Positions 25,131 to 38,601 of a DNA stretch of 64,000 bases are shown piece by piece. How positions within the stretch are numbered: position 1 is the stretch's first letter; each line of letters starts with the position of its first letter. This stretch comes from Octopus sinensis. Its lineage: Eukaryota. The translations under genes were made by a program, and so were the position numbers. The DNA lies in NCBI RefSeq assembly GCF_006345805.1, contig NC_043001.1:30690001-30754000 (forward strand), read 5' to 3'. The notes beneath the pieces are model-generated. The model was given only the letters and a program-made list of their open reading frames with translations. It was not told the DNA's origin and made no database searches.

Positions 25131-25412
25131 TGTTTGTTTGTTCCTTCTCAAGCCATAAGGGTCTGTTTCCCGGTTTCCTTGGTGTATAGGTTCCCCACCT
25201 GGATGGGACGCCGGTCTGCAAGATGCAGGAGGAAAGAGTGAGAGAAAGTTGTGGCGAAAGAGTCAGCAGAAGTTTGCCATTACCTTCTGCCGGAGCTGCG
25301 TGGAGCTTAGGTGTTTTGCTCATAAACACACACATCGCCTGGTCTGAGATTCGAACCCGCGATCCCTCGACAGTGAGTCCGCTGCTCTAACCACTAGGCC
25401 ATGTGCCTCCAC
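25131..25412 (-). mobile_element. SINE, family C-related
   Basis: Reverse GTGGAGGCACATGGCCTAGTGGTTAGAGCAGCGGAC...GGGTTCGAATCTC head; related + copy at about 43841-44155. Confidence 0.7.
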
Positions 25413-26210
25413 ATATATATCAAGTATGTTTGTGTGTATGTATTTGTATATATGAGGGTGTGAAAAAATTATATATGTATCTGTGGGTAGGTGTTTGAGC
25501 AAGTATATTGCAAACATGTTTTTATATTAGTAAATATTTATGTAAAGTCTAGACTAGATTTCTCTTTATATTTTTTGAAATGTTAATTTTAATGCTGGGT
25601 GTTTTAAGATCTGATACCTGATTGTATTTCTGTGATGTTTTATGCCTCTTAATATCCTAATATCCATTGCTCAACTGCATTCAAAAGTTTTAGCATCATC
25701 ATAAATTAATTTATCTCTATGTTTGGCAATAGTAACTTTGGTTTTGTTGCTGTCAGTCGTCTGTCATGTTTTGCACATCTTTATTTAGCTGATAGAATAT
25801 ATGCTTTTGGTACTGCATTTCCGTTTCCCTATACTACTGTGGATGATTAAATAGCTCTTAGTTGTGGATTGTCTTACTATTTGTTTCATCATTTGTCTTC
25901 TGAAGTGATAGCTTTGGTGTGTAGTGACACCATTTTGGAAGCCTCCAGCGCACATGCGCAGAGTTGGATTTCTTCTGGGAGGCTGCTGGAAGTTCCCTCA
26001 TGCGCAGAGAACAAGCAGCAGCCAAACTTCCTGTGTATCAATCTCTCCCGAAGCTGACAGTCGAATAGAACAGATGCATTCTCACAGCTCCCCCAAGCTG
26101 CCACCACGTGGCGATGCTACACTATGCTGGAATGAGACAGGATTTGGTTCACACCACTTAATTACAGTGACTAGCTCTTAGGCTACCGATTTGCCCTGAA
26201 GGAAATATAT

Positions 26211-26510
26211 CATCATCATCATCATCGTCGTTTAACGTCCGTTCTCCATGCTAGCATGGGTTGGACGGTTCGACCGGGGTTCTGGGAAGCCAGAAGGCTG
26301 CACCAGGCTCCAGTCTAATTTGGCAATGTTTCTACAGCTGGATGCCCTTCCTAACGCCAACCACTCCGTGAGTGTAGTGGGTGCTTTTTACGTGCCACCT
26401 GCACAGGTGCCAGGCGGGGCTGGCAACGGCCACGGTCAGATTGGTGTATTTTATGTGCCACCGGCACGGAAGCCAGTCGAGGCGGTGCTGGCATCGGCCA
26501 CGAGTCGGAT
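26211..26510 (-). mobile_element. SINE family D (RTE-like 3' end, (GAT)n tail, ~60-bp hairpin repeats)
   Basis: (CAT)n-TTTAACGTCCG...CATGCTAGCATGGGTTGGAC...GGATGCCCTTCCTAACGCCAACC. Other copies at about 24770, 26839, 38683, 47650, 48300, 55960, 61062 and 61690. Confidence 0.8.
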
Positions 26511-26838
26511 ATATATATATATATATATAGCGAATCCAGGAAATAAAAAACATTTATGCTGTTAGAAGATATTCGAAGTCTTGGCTTTTCCTTCGATAAA
26601 TAATTTAATGTAAGGGATGAGACCTGCACCCCGCCAGTGTTACAGACCTTTCATCCTTGTTACAGGTGACTCTTAGATAACTAAATGCGTAATTCTTAAC
26701 AATGAAGTATTACTGAAATGTAGGTAAAGAATGGAATAATTAAATTAATTGGTTGTTGTCCTTGTTATTTACTAATCGTATTTTTACCTTATACTCATCC
26801 CAACCTACACAACTGCATTTTATGAATGCGTGCATGTT

Positions 26839-27380
26839 TCATCATCATCATCATTTAACGACCGCTTTCCATGCTAGCATGGGTTGGACAATTTGACTGA
26901 GGACTGGTGAACCAGATGGCTGCACCAGGCTCCAATCTTGATCTGGCAGAGTTTCTACAGCTTGATGCCCTTCCTAACGCCAACCACTCCGAGAGTGTGC
27001 TGGGTGCTTTTACATGCCACCAGCATGGGGGCCAGTTAGGTGGTGCAGGCAACGACCTCACTCAAATGTTTTTTCACATACCACCGGCACAAGTGCCAGT
27101 AAGGCGACACTGGTAATGATCAAGCTCGAATGGTGCCCTTTTACGTGCCACCAGCACGGAGGCCAGTTAGCCACTCTGGCAACAATCATGCTCGAATGGT
27201 GCTCTTAGCATCCCACTAGCACGGGGCACAAGTGCCAGTAAGGCGATGCTTGTAACGATCATGCTCAAATGGTGCCTTTTACTTGCCACCGGCACGGAAA
27301 CTAGTTAGCCGCTCTATCAATGATCAAGCTCTGATGGTGCTCTTAGCATCCCGCTAGCACGGATACCAGTCATCAAATTT
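26839..27380 (-). mobile_element. SINE family D with several degenerate ~60-bp units
   Basis: Same tail, plus repeats containing GTGCCACCAGCACGG / GCTCGAATGGTGC. Confidence 0.75.
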
Positions 27381-27774
27381 GATTTTGATGTATATAATTA
27401 TGTGTGTGAATGTGATCACTTTGACATCTGATGCACGGCACATCATGCACCGGTACTAACAATGTCAATTTGAGGGCAACTGTTAGCTAATGTACAGCAT
27501 AAACATTTGATCACTATAAACAAATTATCTGTGCAGGCTGTTCACAGATGCTTAGCAGCATTTCACCTGTCCTTACCTCCTGAGTTCAAATTCTGCTGGG
27601 GTTGACTTTACCTTTCATCCTCGAAGGCCAATAAAATAAGTACCAACTGAGCACTTGGGGTGATGTAATTAACTTGCCTCCACCCTCAAACTCAATGGCC
27701 TTGTGCCAAAATTTGAAACTAATACTAAAAGTATCAATAGGTGATGAACTGGCAGAATTATTGGATAAAATGCT

Positions 27775-27968
27775 CACTCTTTTACTCTTTTAGTTGTTTC
27801 AGTCATCTGACTGTGGCCATGCTGGAGCACCGCCTTTAGTTGAGCAAATCGACCCCAGGACTTATTCTAGTACATATTCTATCGGTCTCTTTTACCGAAC
27901 CACTAAGTTACGGGGATGTAAACACACCAGCATCAGTTGTCAAGCGATGCTGGGTGGACAAACACAGA

Positions 27969-28012
<44 letters not shown>

Positions 28013-28184
28013 CATATACACGACGGGCTTCTTTCAGTTTCCGTCTACCAAATCCACTCACAAGGCTTTGGTCGGCCTGAGGCTATAGTAGAAGACACTT
28101 GGCCAAGGTGCCACACAGTGGGACTGAACCCAGAACCATGTGGCTGGTAAGCAAGCTACTTACCACACAGTCACTCCTATGCCT
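27775..28184 (-). mobile_element. SINE family B, inserted within a family-A SINE region
   Basis: Near-consensus copy; family-A remnants on both sides (about 27545-27775 and 28185-28345). Confidence 0.8.
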
Positions 28185-28928
28185 AGCAACATTTCTTCTG
28201 ACTTTACATTCTGAGTTCATATATAGCTAAGGGTCAGTTGCCTTTAATCCTTTCAGGGTCAATAAAATAAGTACCAGTTGAGCACTGGGGTCAATGCAAT
28301 TGACTTACTCACTTCCTGGAGTTACTGGCCTTGTGCCAAAATTTGAAACGGATATTAAAGGTATTAAAAAAATTTATATTAACCCCAGTTACTTGGAGCC
28401 CAACCTGTATTGAAATGTATGTATGTATTGATATTCATATATATGTTTGTGTAAACATGTATGCATGTCTATATAAGCACTCTTTTCTGTATGTTTGTAT
28501 TTATTTATGTATGTATGCCTATATTTATATACACACATTTAAACATATATGTATATGTAAATATTTGTATGTTGAAGTTTAATTACTGTAATTAACAGCA
28601 TAAAAGATGCATAAGCTTATTATTTGCACTCCAATTTCAACAACACATATACAGGTAAAAATTTTTTTTAGTGCATTAAAGCATGTAATATGTGCTCAAT
28701 TTCACAAAAAGGACCTGGGGTAATATTTTTGAGACATTTTATTTTTGAAAAAAATGTGTGTCATGTGTCATCAAATACGGTATATGTGTGCGTGTTTATT
28801 TATGTATGTAGGGAAATGTATGTATACTAACTTCTGAGATTTTGACATATGTATATGTTCATCCACTATCAATGAAAAATTTATACAAATACCAAAGAGC
28901 AACATCCTTCTTTATCTAGAAAACTAAT

Positions 28929-29673
28929 ACTTTAGTATTCAGATTATTCTGTCATATGTAATACTTATTTATTCACATTGTTTTATGGATTAATTCTGTA
29001 TCATCTTGCAGCTTTGAAATTTCAATGATGTTATTGTATAGTTTTAGAATGACATTGTAGGATAGGTGTAAGAGGTCAGAACTGGCTGGTTCAAACATAA
29101 AACCAATTGAATATTTGGGCTGGATGCGGCCAGTTTAAATGCTTAAAGAGTTAAACATTAACATTTTTACTTAGTTGGCGATATGTTTGAATGCTAACTT
29201 TCAACCACTAAATTTGGCTTGTAATCAACCTGTGCTGCTATAGAAATCCAATCTCTGGTTACCTGTGTTTATATTTCATGAATGAATAAATGCAAACAAT
29301 GACAAAAATCAACCAGAGTAACTGACTAATTGCTTACATTGAATAGATCTAACTTAAACTTAAACCACTTAACCTGAATTCAATAACACTAATGTCATCA
29401 GTTCTACCAGAACAATAGCTTTATCCTCATTTTCCTTTCCAGTATTATCTCTTAACCCTGTAACATTCAGATTGCTCTGTCAAATTTAATGCTTATTTAT
29501 TCACATTGTTTTGAAATAATCCTGCATTATCTCATAACTTCATGATTTCAATGGTGGTTTATTATCAGAATAACATAGTAGGGTATGTGTGAAAGGCCAA
29601 ATCTGGCCTGTCTAAGCATAAAACAAGGTAGAATATTTGGGTCAAATATATGGCTGGTTTAAATGCTAAACAG
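28929..29673. mobile_element. Two decayed piggyBac-like MITEs (about 28929-29150 and 29456-29673)
   Basis: Ends related to TTAA-CCCTTTAGCATTCAGATT ... AATGCTAAAGGG-TTAA; shared interior TTATTTATTCACATTGTTTT. Confidence 0.6.
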
Positions 29674-30100
29674 TTGAATGTTTCCTCCTCTTTGGTCTAT
29701 TTCTTTTTTCTCTAGAAGCTAATTATTTTCACCTTTTCAATTAAATTGTCCATAAATATATTTCTTTGTAGGCCACAAAAATCAATTATTATACCACGCC
29801 TACTTTGCAACCATATTGTCCTACCCACCAGATGAAAGAAACTTGTACATATAAGGTTTGGAAAACCAAAAGCACTTCCATCTATCTCTCATTCATTTTT
29901 TTCCCTTCACTGTATAATGTTACTGGTGAAAGTAAGGCATCAATGGCCCTCTCTTGTCTGTCACTTTGTCTGTCGTTTGTCATGATCTTTTCTTTATTTC
30001 TATAGGAGATATGAATATATGTATTTCTTGGTCTACAGTTTTCTTGGAATGATTAACATTCAAATGCTTGAGTTTCGACTCTTATTAGATTTTACATTAA

Positions 30101-30276
30101 CCCTTTAGCATTCTATTTGGCTGTATCTGGATTATGTTCAAATTAACACACCTATGCTGTTATTTTATTCTAAAAATAAGCAATCACATCATCAAAATCT
30201 CAAAGCTACATGATAATACATGATTAATTCAATAAATAAGCATTACATTTGTTAGAGAAATCTGAATGCTAAAGGG
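30101..30276. mobile_element. piggyBac-like MITE
   Basis: TIR CCCTTTAGCATTC / GAATGCTAAAGGG; TTAA at 30097-30100 and 30277-30280. Confidence 0.85.
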
Positions 30277-30439
30277 TTAAATTTCTTTTTCAATATTGCA
30301 ATCACATCCTTGTCAAATACTTCATTTCTACAGAACACAAAAGCACCAATATACATTGCCAGAATATCCATCAGTTTTCTACTAGTAATAATGCCAGAGA
30401 AATAAATCATTGCCATTAAGCATTTACTATTCTTCCTGG

Positions 30440-32910
30440 TTCAGTCTAATCTTGAGTGACTTTCTTATACCATTACCAAACTGCATCATTCAACCTACAG
30501 GTGCATCTCTTCAGTTTCTACATCTGTGACTTCAAACACACATCAGAAATTAACTGAAGGAACAATTCTCTCTTTAGCATTATCACTTTGCAAAAATTCT
30601 CAGGTGAAATCAAGAGTCTGCACTTGCCTATTCATAACATGCAGTTAACATTATTAATTGCCTGGCTTCACAGTTGCATGTTGGAGAGTCTGCTTTCAGA
30701 TCACTTGACTCTTCCTCATAACCATGTGCAACAAGATGGGACTTCATCCGCCCCTTATTATTATCTTTGTGTTTTTCAGCAATTACCCACTGTGTTAATG
30801 TAGTTTTCTTACACATTCATGTACATCATATATATCGTGATTCCTCATATCTCATTCCTTATGCGTAGCACCAGCTTCTTCTCTCATGCTTCTCTACTTA
30901 AACAGTTTTCTGAGTTACCACTCCTCATTGATGCACATGTTTCAAGTTAACACACAAAGAATCTTTCTCTTTTCTTGGTATTATATTCAACCAGTTACTA
31001 TTTCACTTTTGCCTTTGGGTGTGTTGCCATAGTTTATTTTCTCTTTTCCATTTCTTACACACATTCATTTTATATTTCTACCTGGTTATTCAGTCTTATC
31101 TTTCAAATCAACTTTGTTCTGATTCAGAACTGTCTAACGAGAAAAGATATATTTTTCACATTCTTCCTCATTCACTGCAGTTGTATTTTTCATGCTTCTT
31201 TTAGGTTCTTCCATCACAACTTCCTTGCCAGAATCCTTTTTGTTCATGTACACCATCATTTGACATGGACACATTCTGCAAAGTACTCCTCCATAATTAA
31301 TTAATCGAATGTTCTTTGACCAATTCCTTTACAGGACCATGCCATCCTTTATAGGTTTTATAATAAATTTGGTCACCAGTAACAAAATCTTCATCACCAT
31401 AACTCCTTGCTTTAGACATCAGTGCTCTCCTCATTTTTCTTACTGGCCTCAGCTTCCACGAAATCCTTTCTTTCAGTATGAAAATCACTGATTGTTGTGA
31501 ATTCCAGAGCAGGTAACCAGTCTCCCAGAATTATGTGTTCATTTGGACTATGTTCTAAGTAATTCAGGAGTGCATTCTTGCACTAATTGCCCATGCCAAG
31601 ACTATCTCTGACTCATACTTCACATTTTCTAATGTTTTCTGCATTGCTTCTGCTTCTAACCATGACAACTAGTATCGTGATTAAACTAAATTTCATACAG
31701 AGTTTCATGGAAGACAGACAAGTGAGGAGATTAAGAATAGCATTTAAGTTTAAAGTGAGCAATTATGCTGATGAAAACCATGCTACTGGTGACCAAATAT
31801 GTTATTGAAACCAAAACTTCAAAAGATGATAAAATCCTGCCAGAGTGTTGAATAGTGAAGGCTGTATCAAATAGACATGGAGATGCATTTTACTGAAAAT
31901 GCCTGTGTTAAATGGTGGTGTTCAAAATCGAAAAGGACTTTGACAAGGAAATTATGATTAGGGAACTTAAAAAGAAATGTGGAAAATACATCTATAGTAA
32001 AGGAAAAGTGTGAAGATCTATTTACTGAGAAAAACTAGAGTCTTGAACCAGAAAAATGTTGATTTAAAGATAGGACTAATAGGAGCAGGCTAGAATAAAA
32101 GAGTGAAATATAAAATTAATGGATGCAATGAATAGAAAAGGGGGGAAAAAACTATGACACATAACCAAAAGCAAAAAGAAAATACTGTCAATGGTTGAAT
32201 ATTATATCAGGAAAAGAGAATAAAGATCCTTTTTGTGTTAAATTCTCCTCTATTTTTGCTTTAAAATTGACTGAGAGTTTCAAAATAAGATAACAACATC
32301 AAAGGTATATTCCTAATGATTTCTTCAATTTTCTTGGTTTTCAATAATCTGACAGCAGAGTATCTAGTACTGGCACCACTAAAATTAAGAATCCAGGACT
32401 TCTTGTAAGTGTGTTCCTTCAGATCAGTGCACACTGTGTCACTCAACTTATTTGTAAGAAGCAATCCCTCCATGGTTCTCCATGAACATCTTCTAAACAT
32501 AAAATAAATTTAACAAGAGATGCAGATTTCTCTGGTTCTAGAGATTCATCATCCTTTAATCTTCTACTCCTTTCAATCTAAAAACTCTAGTTTTTCCTTT
32601 GAAGCATGAGCAAACCTCAGTGGAATTTTTCAGACTTTTTCTTCTTTGCACTGGCATGTTTATTTAGAATTTTAACTTGTAACATAATGTTTGGAATACT
32701 GCAATCTTATAACAGCATGTTAGTTAAAGAAATACTATAGTGACTTGACAATGTGATTTTTAGTTTAACAGATTTACCCAAAATTCTACTGTAGTCATTT
32801 TTAAAGTCCATTCCGCCAGTTTTCATAGATCTAAGGTTTAAAAGAAGTGAATCGGTTCCTATAATGTATAAACTGGTGTTTCCTATAATGAGATAAAACT
32901 TGCCCACTTT
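30440..32910 (-). mobile_element. Decayed Ty1/Copia LTR retrotransposon internal region (PR-IN-RT order)
   Basis: In minus order: protease-region LLLNLRSMKTGGMDFKND...SHYSISL; integrase TVCTDLK...ASTRYSAVRLLKTKK.EEII; post-integrase KMRRAL...FVTGDQIYYK; RT KSHLVAHGYEE...DSPTC, FLQ and LNDA..WY. Motifs recognised from Copia families. Confidence 0.75.
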
Positions 32911-33119
32911 ATTACCATTCCAGTACTAAAACAGAAACTTTTGTCAAACTTATCTCTATTACTCAGTGTATCTAGAAATACTTATAACAAGTGTTTTTTT
33001 TTTGGCAATTATATGAACAGAGACAGAGTCTAATATTGTCATATCAAGCACTTATTTCACAAAGGTAGACCTCTATCTTTCAGTTGACAGCTGTATAGAA
33101 GATAGGGGTATTAAGAATA

Positions 33120-34330
33120 TGAAGATAGGGGTATTAAGAATATGAAGGTAGGGAAAACAACTGGTCCATTAAGGATAATTGCTGAGATGCTTAAAACACC
33201 TGTTAAGTTTGGTACTGGTTAGCCCCTCAAGAAGTAAATCAGGTAAAATAGGTAGGGTTCAATTTCAGTGATTGATGCTACAGTATCATTGTAAACTGCT
33301 ACAAGGACATAGGTGATGCATTAGAGAGAGGAAACTACAGTGGTATCATACTTTTGGGTACAGTTACAAATGTTTTGTTAAGGGTTATTGCGAAAATGAT
33401 TAGGAACAAAATTAACCTGGATAGGATACAGTTTGGCTGTGTTCCAGAAAAAGATACCACTAATACCATATTCCAAGTAAGACATCTGCAAGCTAAGGGA
33501 ACAGATCTTGGAGTAAGCCCCTACACCCAGCATTTGTTGATTTGGACAAAACCTTTGATGAAATCCTTTACTCTGTGATCTCGTGGGCACTGAGGAAACT
33601 AGGAGTAGATGAAGGACTTTTGAAGGATATACATGTCATATATCGAGACGCTGTTACCAATGTGTTCAGTAATAAATGTGGTGTGCAGGTAGGGGTCTAC
33701 TAGGATTCAGTTCTCAGTTCCTCCTGTTAATTTATAATCCTTCAAGCTGTAACAAGGAATTTCAGATTGGCTGTCCTTGGAAACTTCTGAATGCTGCCAA
33801 CAGCATAGCTCTCACAACAGAATCTGTAGAAGGATTCAAGCAGAAATTCCAGACATGGAAGCAGAATTTGGCAATGAAAGGCCTTTAAGTAAACTTATTG
33901 AAAAACAAAAGTTTCAATAAGTTGGAAGGCCAATTGTAGTATCAGTGAAAAGGGTATACTCCATTTGCAGAAAAATAGTTTGTAGAGAGTCCTTAAGTTG
34001 TGTCTAGTGTAATCAGTGGGCACACAAAAGTTGCAGTGGAATTAAAAGCTAGTTAACAGAAAGATAAAATAAGTACTAAGAGCACTCAGGAGATAGATTC
34101 TCCTAAGAGATCAGATAACTCCCTACAAGCAGTTGATAGCTTTTGTTACTTTGGTGATTTTCTTAGTAGTGGTTGGGCAGGTTTCCTGAAAGTGTGATAG
34201 AATATGAATTGGTTGTAGAAAATTTAAGGAGTCATTACCACTGCTTGAAACAAAGGGCTTCTCTTTCAGAGTGAAGGGCAGGTAGCATGATGCTTGTGTG
34301 TGAAGTGCTTTGTTGCATGGCAACAACACA
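33120..34330 (+). mobile_element. Decayed RTE-X LINE reverse transcriptase region
   Basis: IQFGCVPEKDTTNTIFQVRHLQ resembles QFGF.PG..TTDAIF..RQLQ; downstream GSVLS and FCYFGD-like pieces; frameshifted. Confidence 0.75.
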
Positions 34331-35052
34331 CTTAGCACTCAATTTTGTGCAACTTTCATTTTGTTCTTTTGCTTAAGAGCCCATAAATTTCTTCTTAAGA
34401 CTACAGAATTATGTTTAGTTCTTTCAGCTTGTTGGAAGATTAAAAGGAAAAAAAAAAAAACCTTTCCATAAATTTAATATTAGTTATCAATACATATTAT
34501 TGTGTAAAACATAAGAATATTACATATTTAGGATTATTCAGGCGTATATTTTCATTCATTGGTTCTATTGGAATATAACTTCCCAAACTGAAATTGTATC
34601 TCTTAAGTTCTTACACCACATGGATATAATTTCAAATGGTCTTTCCTTAATATAAACTTTTGGCATTAACTTGGTGCCTACGTGACAGAATGCATGTTTT
34701 GTCATCTTATTCCCTTACCCATTTTGAAGGCTAAGCATTCAGTACAACTTAAAACTTTTGTCATGTAAGCTATTTTAAATAAATATTTTTTTAGCCTTTT
34801 AGCCCTTTTTTCTTTTCTATATGGTTTGTTGTTCCTTGTTTTATTTGCATTCGTAAACATGATTTACTAATAGGATAATTTAGCTGTTGTTATTTAGCCC
34901 ATGTCAACTCGGAGCAGACCTAATCAAATATTTATCAACAACAATCATCCTGTAGGTTTAAAGGTTTCTAGGAATGCATTATGTAATGTGTTCTTTTTCA
35001 AGACAGTAAATATGATTTGAAGGAAACTTGGCTGCTATTCTAACAGGTGAAC

Positions 35053-35055
<3 letters not shown>

Positions 35056-35093
<38 letters not shown>

Positions 35094-35822
35094 GTGTGTG
35101 TGTGTATATATATATGTGTGTGTGTGTATTATATATATATATATATTGTGTGTGTGTGTGTATATATATGGTGTGTGTGTGTGTATATATATGTGTGTGT
35201 GTGTGTGTGTGTATATATATGTGTGTGTGTGTGGTGTGTGTGTATATATGTGTGTGTGTGGTGTGTGTATATATATATGTGTGTGTGTTGTGTGTATATA
35301 TAATGTGTGTGTGTGTGTGTGTGTATATATAATGTGTGTGTGTGTATATATATATGTGTAGTGTGTGTGTGTGTGTATATATATATGTGTATGTGTGGTG
35401 TGTGTATATATTGTGTATATATATGTGTGGTGTGTGTGTGTGTGTGTATATATATATGTGTATGTGTGTGTGTGTGTGTATATATATGTGTATGTGTGTG
35501 TGTGTATATATATATATGTGTGTGTGTGTGTATATATATATATGTGTGTGTGTGTGTATATATATATGTGTGTGTGTGTGTATATATATATGTGTATGTG
35601 TGTGTGTGTGTATATATATATATGTATATGTGTGTGTGTGTGTATATATATGTGTATGTGTGTGTGTGTATATATATGTGTATGTGTGCGTGTGTATATA
35701 TATGTGTGTGTGTGTATATATATATATGTGTGTGTGTGTGTATATATATATGTGTGTGTGTGTGTATATATGTGTATATATATGTGTGTGTGTATATATA
35801 TATGTGTATATATATGTGTGTG

Positions 35823-35853
<31 letters not shown>

Positions 35854-36362
35854 ATATATGTGTATATGTGTGTGTGTGTGTATATATATATGTGTATATA
35901 TATGTGTGTGTGTATATATATGTGTATATATATGTGTGTGTGTATATATATGTGTATATATGTGTGTGTATATAAATATGTGTATATATATGTGTGTGTG
36001 TATTTATATATGTGTATATATATATGTGTGTGTGTATATATGTGTGTGTATATATGTGTGTGTATATATATGTGTATATATATGTGTGTGTGTATATATA
36101 TATATATATGTGTATATATATATATATGTGTGTGTGTATATATATAATATATGTGTGTGTGTGTGTATATATATATATGTGTGTGTGTGTATATATATAT
36201 TATATATGTGTGTGTATATATATATATATATGTGTGTGTTGTGTATATATATATATGTGTGGTGTGTGTGTATATATATGTGTGTGTGTGTGTATATATA
36301 TGTGGTGTGTGTGTATATATATATATAATATATATGTATGTATGTATGTATGTATTATATAT

Positions 36363-36460
<98 letters not shown>

Positions 36461-36540
36461 GTATGTAATATATATATGTATGTTATATATATATGTATAT
36501 GTATATATATATATATGTATGTATATATATATATGTATGT

Positions 36541-36581
<41 letters not shown>

Positions 36582-36898
36582 TGTATGTATATATATAATG
36601 TATGTATATATATTATATGTATGTATATATATATATGTATGTATATATATATATGTATGTATATATATTATGTATGTATATATATATATGTATGTATATA
36701 TATATGTATGTATATATATATGTATGTATATATATATGTATGTATATATATATATGTATGTATATATTTATGTATGTATATATATATATATATGTATGTA
36801 TATATATATATGTATGTATATATATATGTATGTATATATATATATGTATGTTATATATATGTATGTATATATTTATGTATGTATATATATATGTATGT

Positions 36899-36938
<40 letters not shown>

Positions 36939-36942
36939 TATG
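35056..36942. repeat. ~1.9-kb compound (TA)n/(TG)n/(TATG)n microsatellite tract
   Basis: Directly visible; TG-rich to about 36320, then TATG/TA-rich. Confidence 0.95.
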
Positions 36943-37224
36943 TTCCTGCCCACAGGAACATATATAAAGGACAATAGACAGCCAGTCAACCACAGTTGAA
37001 GCACTCCTGTCACAACCTGGGACCTTGAAGACTGCTATAATGCAAGAAAGTATACCAGTCCCTTAATATTTTATATTCAATATTTCATCTATTCAATAAG
37101 ACAATCAATACTTCATTTCATTTTACTATATATATATTATTTATACTATATATTCTATATTCTACATTAATATTATAAAGAATATAAATAAAACACAAAA
37201 GACAGACGAGTTGGAATTTCTTTG

Positions 37225-37291
<67 letters not shown>

Positions 37292-37691
37292 TTACTTAAG
37301 TTTTAAAAGTAGGCTATATTAGTGATCTTTGCAGCAGCTAGACACCTTCAAAGTTTAGGATGATAAATCTTACACTTAGTTTCATTGTATTCCAATCTAT
37401 AGGAACTTATCTCTATTTGGAATAAAATCCCTATGTGAAGATGTGATGTTCATGTCTTTCTTAATGGTGTTACTGAAGCAAAATAGCTCAGCTCAAAATA
37501 AAAGTGTGCTACCAAAATGCTGGAAGTTTCTTTTCAGTTTGCGGTACTTACAGTTTTATCATTGTCTGTATTGAAGTTTCATTCTACATAGTTCCACATC
37601 ATCTTTAGAAACATTTATAGATTATTATAAACCTTTTCTTTTTGAATAAGAACTACAAATATTAACTGGAGAAAGGATTCAATATACAATA

Positions 37692-37947
37692 ATAATAAAT
37701 GCACCCTTTTAAAACCTAGCCAGGCTCATGGACCTGGTTTACCGGTTTCTATGGCATATGTGTTCCCCAGCTGGACGGGACGCCAGTCTATCGCAGTGTT
37801 ACTCATTTTTGCCAGCTGAGTGGACTGGAGCAACGTGAAATGAAGTGTTTTGCTCAAGAACACAATGCGTCGCCCGGTCCAGGAATCGAAACCACAATCT
37901 TACGATCATGGTGCTGATACCCTAACCACTAAGCCATGCGCCTCCAC
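37692..37947 (-). mobile_element. SINE family C
   Basis: TSD TCAATATACAATA at 37679-37691 and 37948-37960. Confidence 0.85.
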
Positions 37948-37989
37948 TCAATATACAATACAGTGCCAAATATCTATTCTACAAAAGTT

Positions 37990-38173
37990 GACTGTGATTT
38001 TGAAGGGCTCAGTACATTATGCAGAATCAAGTATATAAGAAAGGTGACTGTAACTTCGAAGGACTAAATATATGATGTAGAATCAGATATATAAGAACTG
38101 ATTGTGACTTCGAAGGACTCAGTACATGATGTAGTGTCAAATATTTGATGGAAAATTGACTGTAACTTTGAAG
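37990..38173. repeat. Degenerate minisatellite, units of 56, 54 and 58 bp plus a partial unit
   Basis: Units start GACTGTGATTTTGAAG, GACTGTAACTTCGAAG, GATTGTGACTTCGAAG and GACTGTAACTTTGAAG. Confidence 0.75.
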
Positions 38174-38601
38174 TTTCATTGAGGAAAGCTTATCAAACAA
38201 TTCATATAAATAGGATGTAGTATTTATGTAGATGTTCTTAGTTTTAGGCATGATAGAAAGGTAGCAGCAGTGGCAGTAGTAGCCACAGTAGTAGTGTAAT
38301 TGAGGAATCTGAACTGAAGTCAAAGAAGTTAGCACATGTGGAGATATGAAATTGATTAAAACAACTGTTGGAAACTGAAGAGAATATAAAAGTTAAAAAT
38401 AGAGAAGCGAGATTGTGAAGAATGTATATTTTTAGAAGAAAAGACTAATAAAAAAACAAATGGAAGACAAATAAAGGAATAAATTGAAGGTTAAGGGGAA
38501 AAGGCTGGAGGAGAAATATTATCACATATGAAATCAGTACGAGGGGGGAATTTTTAGTGGGAATGAATAGGTTTAGTGGATTATATTGTATTTATTTATT
38601 A

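Noticed and set aside
29772-29855. In-frame 84-nt candidate exon (TTTGTAG/...AAG/GTTTGG; ATKINYYTTPTLQPYCPTHQMKETCTYK)
   Set aside because: No convincing similarity to P3H/CRTAP exon 2 and a weak donor.
35028-36999. Long ORFs (up to 330 aa) rich in Y/I/V/C/M
   Set aside because: Translations of TA/TG microsatellite, which lacks stop codons; no protein signal.
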